Shown: in pieces, positions 58,981 through 64,000 of the stretch | Layout of the letters: every line of letters starts with the position of its first letter | Numbering within the stretch: position 1 is the stretch's first letter | Assembly: GCF_009914755.1 (NCBI RefSeq) | Contig: NC_060931.1 | Length of the DNA: 64,000 nucleotides | Strand: one strand, 5' to 3' | DNA from: the human T2T-CHM13v2.0 reference genome, Homo sapiens | The notes under the pieces: generated by a model | What the model was told of the DNA's origin: nothing | The model's input: only the letters and a program-made list of their open reading frames with translations | Database searches by the model: none | Program-made: the position numbers and the translations under genes

Positions 58981-59740
58981 TAAGTGTCTTTTACATCAAC
59001 CAAATTATGTCATTGTTAATTGCACACATACATAAATAAAAGAAAATTTCAAAAACATGGTTTATGTCATTGGCTTTGCTATTAGCACCTTGCTTATCAC
59101 TAAAATTAATAACATAGCAATAATAATGTTTATGGCACTCTATTACCATATTTCAAAATTTTAGTTTTATATTTAAAAATAAATAAAATTATAATATCTT
59201 AAGTGTTAGAGAAATGTCTGCCATCTAAACTTTTAATTTTCTAAGCTAAAGTAGTCTGAAAGCAGAAAAAATTACCCTCAACTGGACTACTTCTAACTGG
59301 GATAGTTTTTTAATATGATGGACCAAGGAACACAGAAAAAATATTAAATGTAGTATATTTCTTCTGGAATTAATTATGAACATGTTAATATAAAATGTTA
59401 TCTCATACTGTGAAAATCATATTGGTAAGACTCCATGCCATTCTGTATTTCTCTAAAATTCTGTACAAATGCTAGCAACTCTATTTTACTTTTGTTGCAT
59501 ACACTTTTCTTGTGGCATGAAGCTTCAATTTCAGACAGAGCAAACTGTGCCTTGACTTATTCATGCTGCATTAATTAGAGCAACTTATTTTCTTCCTTAT
59601 AGATGAATACTGCCTAAAAATAGGAGTTCTGACAATCTGTCTCTTATTGATGAAAAAATTTTTTGATACACTTTGAATTGCAACTGAATGAAAGCTCAAT
59701 GATTAGACTTTGAACATGTCACTCTACCATTCTTCATTTT

Positions 59741-59755
59741 GTGACTCAGCATTAA
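59741..59755 (+). promoter_or_regulatory. Perfect ARE / MARE core with AT-rich 3' flank
   Basis: GTGACTCAGCA-TTAA; motif only. Confidence 0.4.
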
Positions 59756-62700
59756 TATTTTCTGTTTATGAAAGGAAGCCCATTTAAAGTAGAAACTTCT
59801 GGCCCCTTTGGCGCTTTATGTTCCCCACATCTTAGAGTTTATCCAGAACACATTTTGTGGTATAATAAGAGAACATACTCACAGCTTGTGTTTATTGAGA
59901 TGTCTTAAACCTTGCTTTCTTTCTAATTTGATACTTAAGAAACCTTGGATTGACAACCATTGCATTATGATTTTCTATTTGAACAATACTTCTAGCATCA
60001 ATGCATACTTACTTCAAGGCAGAATAAAGAGGCTAAAGTGAATTCATATTGGTAACCTCAAGCACAATTATACACTGATACAGTATCATTGTATAAATAT
60101 TACCTGAAAAGTAATCTGTATATGTGTGTGTTTCTTTCATGCAGAGATTATCAAACACATGAATTAAGCAAATATTCAAGGTCTATAATAAGTAGATAAA
60201 AATATTTTCTGGTATTCTTGCATTAATTATGAAAGAAGATTGTGACTGAAGTTTTGAAAAATTTTATATTATTCTCACAATTGAGGAATTTGACTTTTAG
60301 GTGGATGAGATTTTGAGAAAAAAAGTATTATTTTGAACTGAAATTTTCCTTAATATGTATGATTAAATTCAACTCTATACTGTTATTTTATTGATTTATT
60401 TAATTGTTATTCCTTCTCTGGGTCCCTAAACTTTCTTCTTAGTCTTAAAAAATTATTTAATAACAAAAATAAATGTAAAAGAAGATGATAATTGATCATT
60501 TACTTCTAAAACACTTAGTCTCTTCATTTATATAAATACGAGTAAATGTGTGTGCATATGTGTGTGTGTGTGTATATATATACAGAGTACTATTATATCT
60601 GTAGTTACAGATTTGCTCAATATGAAATAGAAAAACAGAAGAACACATTTTGTTAATGGCAGATTGTACCTCACAGCAGTGAATCTGACATCAGGTGATT
60701 GCTTTCTAGATTTCTGAGCAGCAAAAGTAAGTGTTCAATACAAAGTATTCATTTCTGTGAATACTTATCATGGAAAACATGAGCTAAACAATTGGAGCCC
60801 ACTTGGATCTAGAATTTTCCTTAGAAATTCAAATGATAATGACAGTAATTTCTTTGTATGTTTTTATTTCTCTCATAGGAAAATTTTATTTTATAAATTC
60901 AATGGATATAAACACATAAAATATGTCCAAAAAGTTCATTACCTTGAAAATTATTCATAAAAATGGAGGCTCCTCGTGCATATGACAAATACACAATTCA
61001 ACAATAATTCCAATGCTCATGTTACATGTTTTACTAAAAGACCAAAATCTTTTCATGTATCTTATTTTATTTATGTAACTAATTTTGACTTGTGGCAAGT
61101 AATAATAGCTAGGGCTGAGTCACACAGAGCCATCCATAGATATCACCATGAAATATGCCTGTTGTCTTGGCATTTGCCTTATGCTGTTGTCTCTAGTCAC
61201 TATGAACTATGTATAGTACTCTTAAAATGGCTGGCCACCTTGTGGCTCACCATATGTGTGATTATAATATTTCTGACTTTGAATCGAAGGAGGTGTCACA
61301 CAGTTTGGCCTTTAACCTACCTCTGGAGACTTTCAGATTTAATGTCACATCGAAGAGTAACTTGTTGCATTTTAGATACTGATTCTCATGATGTAGGATG
61401 CTTACATTATTCATTACCCTTCACTTGCTCAAGACAAATACAGACTAATGATAGTGTTGGGAGGAATTCTACGGCACTCATTTCAATCTGCATTAATCTA
61501 AAAACTGGAGAGGTGGACATATTATTTCTTTCATATTGTCTTCCCACTAAGGAATTATAATTCCAACTAAATCTCCGAAAGTGGAATCTTTGTTCCTGTA
61601 TAGACATGTAGTATTCTTTCAAGGTTTCACCTGTGATTGAAAAGAGTTCATTATCTTTGGTAGTGAGTATCATTCACCTGCCTGATGCATTCAGCTTTTT
61701 TGACTGCTTTGTGAGCTCTTACTCTAGAGGTTGTCTGACTTTTGACTTTTCATTTGTATACCAAGATCATCCTCTCTGAAGTGTTCCCCTTCAATTTGGT
61801 AAGATTCATGTTTCTTTCTTGTTATGTAGTACACATTTCTTATGTATTGTCATTGTCAGTGTTTATGGCAAGTTTACCCTTACAGGTGAACTTTGTGAAG
61901 AGGACTATTCAAGTGTGTTATGTTACCTTGTTACTACATTTTACACATAAGCTTAAGTATTAGTTAAATAAATATGTGGGTCCAGATTGTTTGAGGGAAT
62001 GTTTTGCTGGTTATTAACTAGCTCCAAGACATTAAAACTTCCTTAGACTAGAAATGTTTATGTGTTTTTAATACACATAACTGCAGTCTTACTGTCCTGA
62101 AATCTTTTAGCCTCCTGGAAACTCTTATTTTTATTTTAATATTCAAATAATATGGCTGGAACCTTTATTCTACTTTCTTGAGAATATCTGAGAGCTGTCA
62201 TTTCTCCTTCTAAGCTCTTCCTCTGATACCTGGTTTCTGCCAATTTGTCCATCCCCACACTGAATCTCATCTGCAAGTACTTCCCTCATAGATTTATAAC
62301 GTGTTTGCATACTGATAGCTGCTCTCATCTCCTCCCACCTCTATTGACACAAATTCATGATAGCTGTGTATAGTCAAAGTATTAATTATTTGGAGGGATG
62401 GAAGTGGTTTATAGCACTGTACACTGTGGGCAGCAGCTTAAAATGTCATATTAGCTACCACGCAAAAATTCATCCATCCCATGCCAGGGGAAACCTTTTA
62501 CAGGTCATGCTCCTTCTATGGCCCCAGTTTATTGTTATCTTCTGAGCCTCTGTGAAATTTTCCTTTTTTTCTAAGTTTTGGCACAAATATTCTTGATAAC
62601 TCCTTGTACACAAAAATTAGCTTGCACTGTCCTCTGCAATGAAAATTTTGACCTTTAATAATTTGCCCTGAAGAAGACAAAAAAGTCTTTAAAATGTTTT

Positions 62701-64000
62701 TTTAAACAAAGACTGTTTCCCCTTTTTTAAATCAAATGTGTCTGTTGTACAAATTATTACATAAATTTTGTTATACATTTATTGTTACAGTTGTTTATTC
62801 AATTATTTTCAAAATATATTTCAAAATGTATTTTAAAAATAACTAGGTGAAGATTATGGGCTATGATCTGTTCTGAAAGACAGCACCAGAAATAAGACCC
62901 CACCCCTACCGTCAAAATGCTCAGTCTACTGGTTGGCAGATGGAGAAGTGGTAAACAGAGAACTATGATGTAGTTTGACTTGAGCTATACCAAAAATAAT
63001 GTGGCAGCACCAGTGGTGTTATCTGGCCTGGAAAGGAAAATGTGTATGTGCGGGAGTGGGGGATGGTGCTCACAGAAGGCTTCTAGGAGGAAAAGTTATT
63101 TGAGATATTTGGGCATGAGAGGGAGGAATAAGAGAAGGTACAAAGGAGAAACGTAGAAATAAGGAGGGATAAGAAATGGGGCAAAGTACTCTCTTAGGTG
63201 ACTCTTAGGTGAGGGCTAAGTTAAAAATATACATAGAGTATTGTTAGCTCTCTTAGAGATCTATTTATTTAACATATTATCTTTGTGATTTTTTTAAGTT
63301 AATAGTTTCTTCTATTTATTTCCATGATGTCAAGATACTTTTCTCCTTTCTGAAATATAGTACTGAATTCCACGAGCTTTGTGAAAATATGTTTTGTTGA
63401 AAAATTACTTACATGATATAATTAGTGTGCCTGAGTAGACTTTTCATCTCCATCAGACATGGTGTAGCTGTTTTTGGAACAAATATTTATTGAAAAAAAG
63501 AAAATATTCAATTGCCTGTCAGTTTTCTGTTTAAACAGAAACAAACAAAAAGTTTGATACTTTTTCCTTCTGAATCCACCAATGATTTTGTCATTGACAA
63601 ATAACCTTGGATAATTAAGATTTATTGAGGATAAAACCTCTGCAAGGTAGGAACTTCAGAGAGTTTTAGTGTATGAAATATATTTTAGACATTAAAGAAC
63701 TGAATGTGAATCAAAACCTCTGATTCTATCACATGTGCTCTTAGGCACAATAAAATAATGAAAAAACACCCAATTCTATTCCAAAAAGCTTTTAACTTGA
63801 AATTGAACACATCTATTGCAGTTTAAAGGAAAGTTTTCTAAATAAACAATAATTATGTCGTGTGTTGTATAAATAATTTATCCATGTATTTTTAAATTAC
63901 TGTTAGAATTTTTAGTGTCTTATTATTTTAAAGACAGCATACGTTTTCTTTGTTTGGGTGGAACCATCATTCACTAATCTTTAACGTGGTTGTTTGCTGG

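Overview
AT-rich, CpG-poor primate DNA, very probably human, judged from AluY/S/J, FLAM, L1PA/PB/M, MER and MaLR repeats recognised by eye. It looks intronic or intergenic. No protein-coding gene, RNA gene or CpG island is recognisable, and almost all listed ORFs are Alu, L1 or low-complexity artefacts. About 34.5-52.8 kb is a dense stack of nested retro- and DNA transposons. Best-supported oddities: (1) a 93-bp copy of unique DNA from about 2.8 kb downstream inserted into the endonuclease region of an old L1; (2) a paired 26-bp dyad motif beside the donor of that copy; (3) one L1-endonuclease target site used twice, by an L1PB and an Alu monomer, inside an ERV1 LTR; (4) a twin-primed L1PA7 at the centre of a four-layer nest. 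More speculative: possible + strand spliced exons, a 192-codon orphan ORF with a TM-like segment, and regulatory motif clusters (RFX, ARE, Z-DNA/NRF1). I found no convincing new multi-gene system. Repeat subfamily names are from memory and need RepeatMasker/Dfam confirmation.
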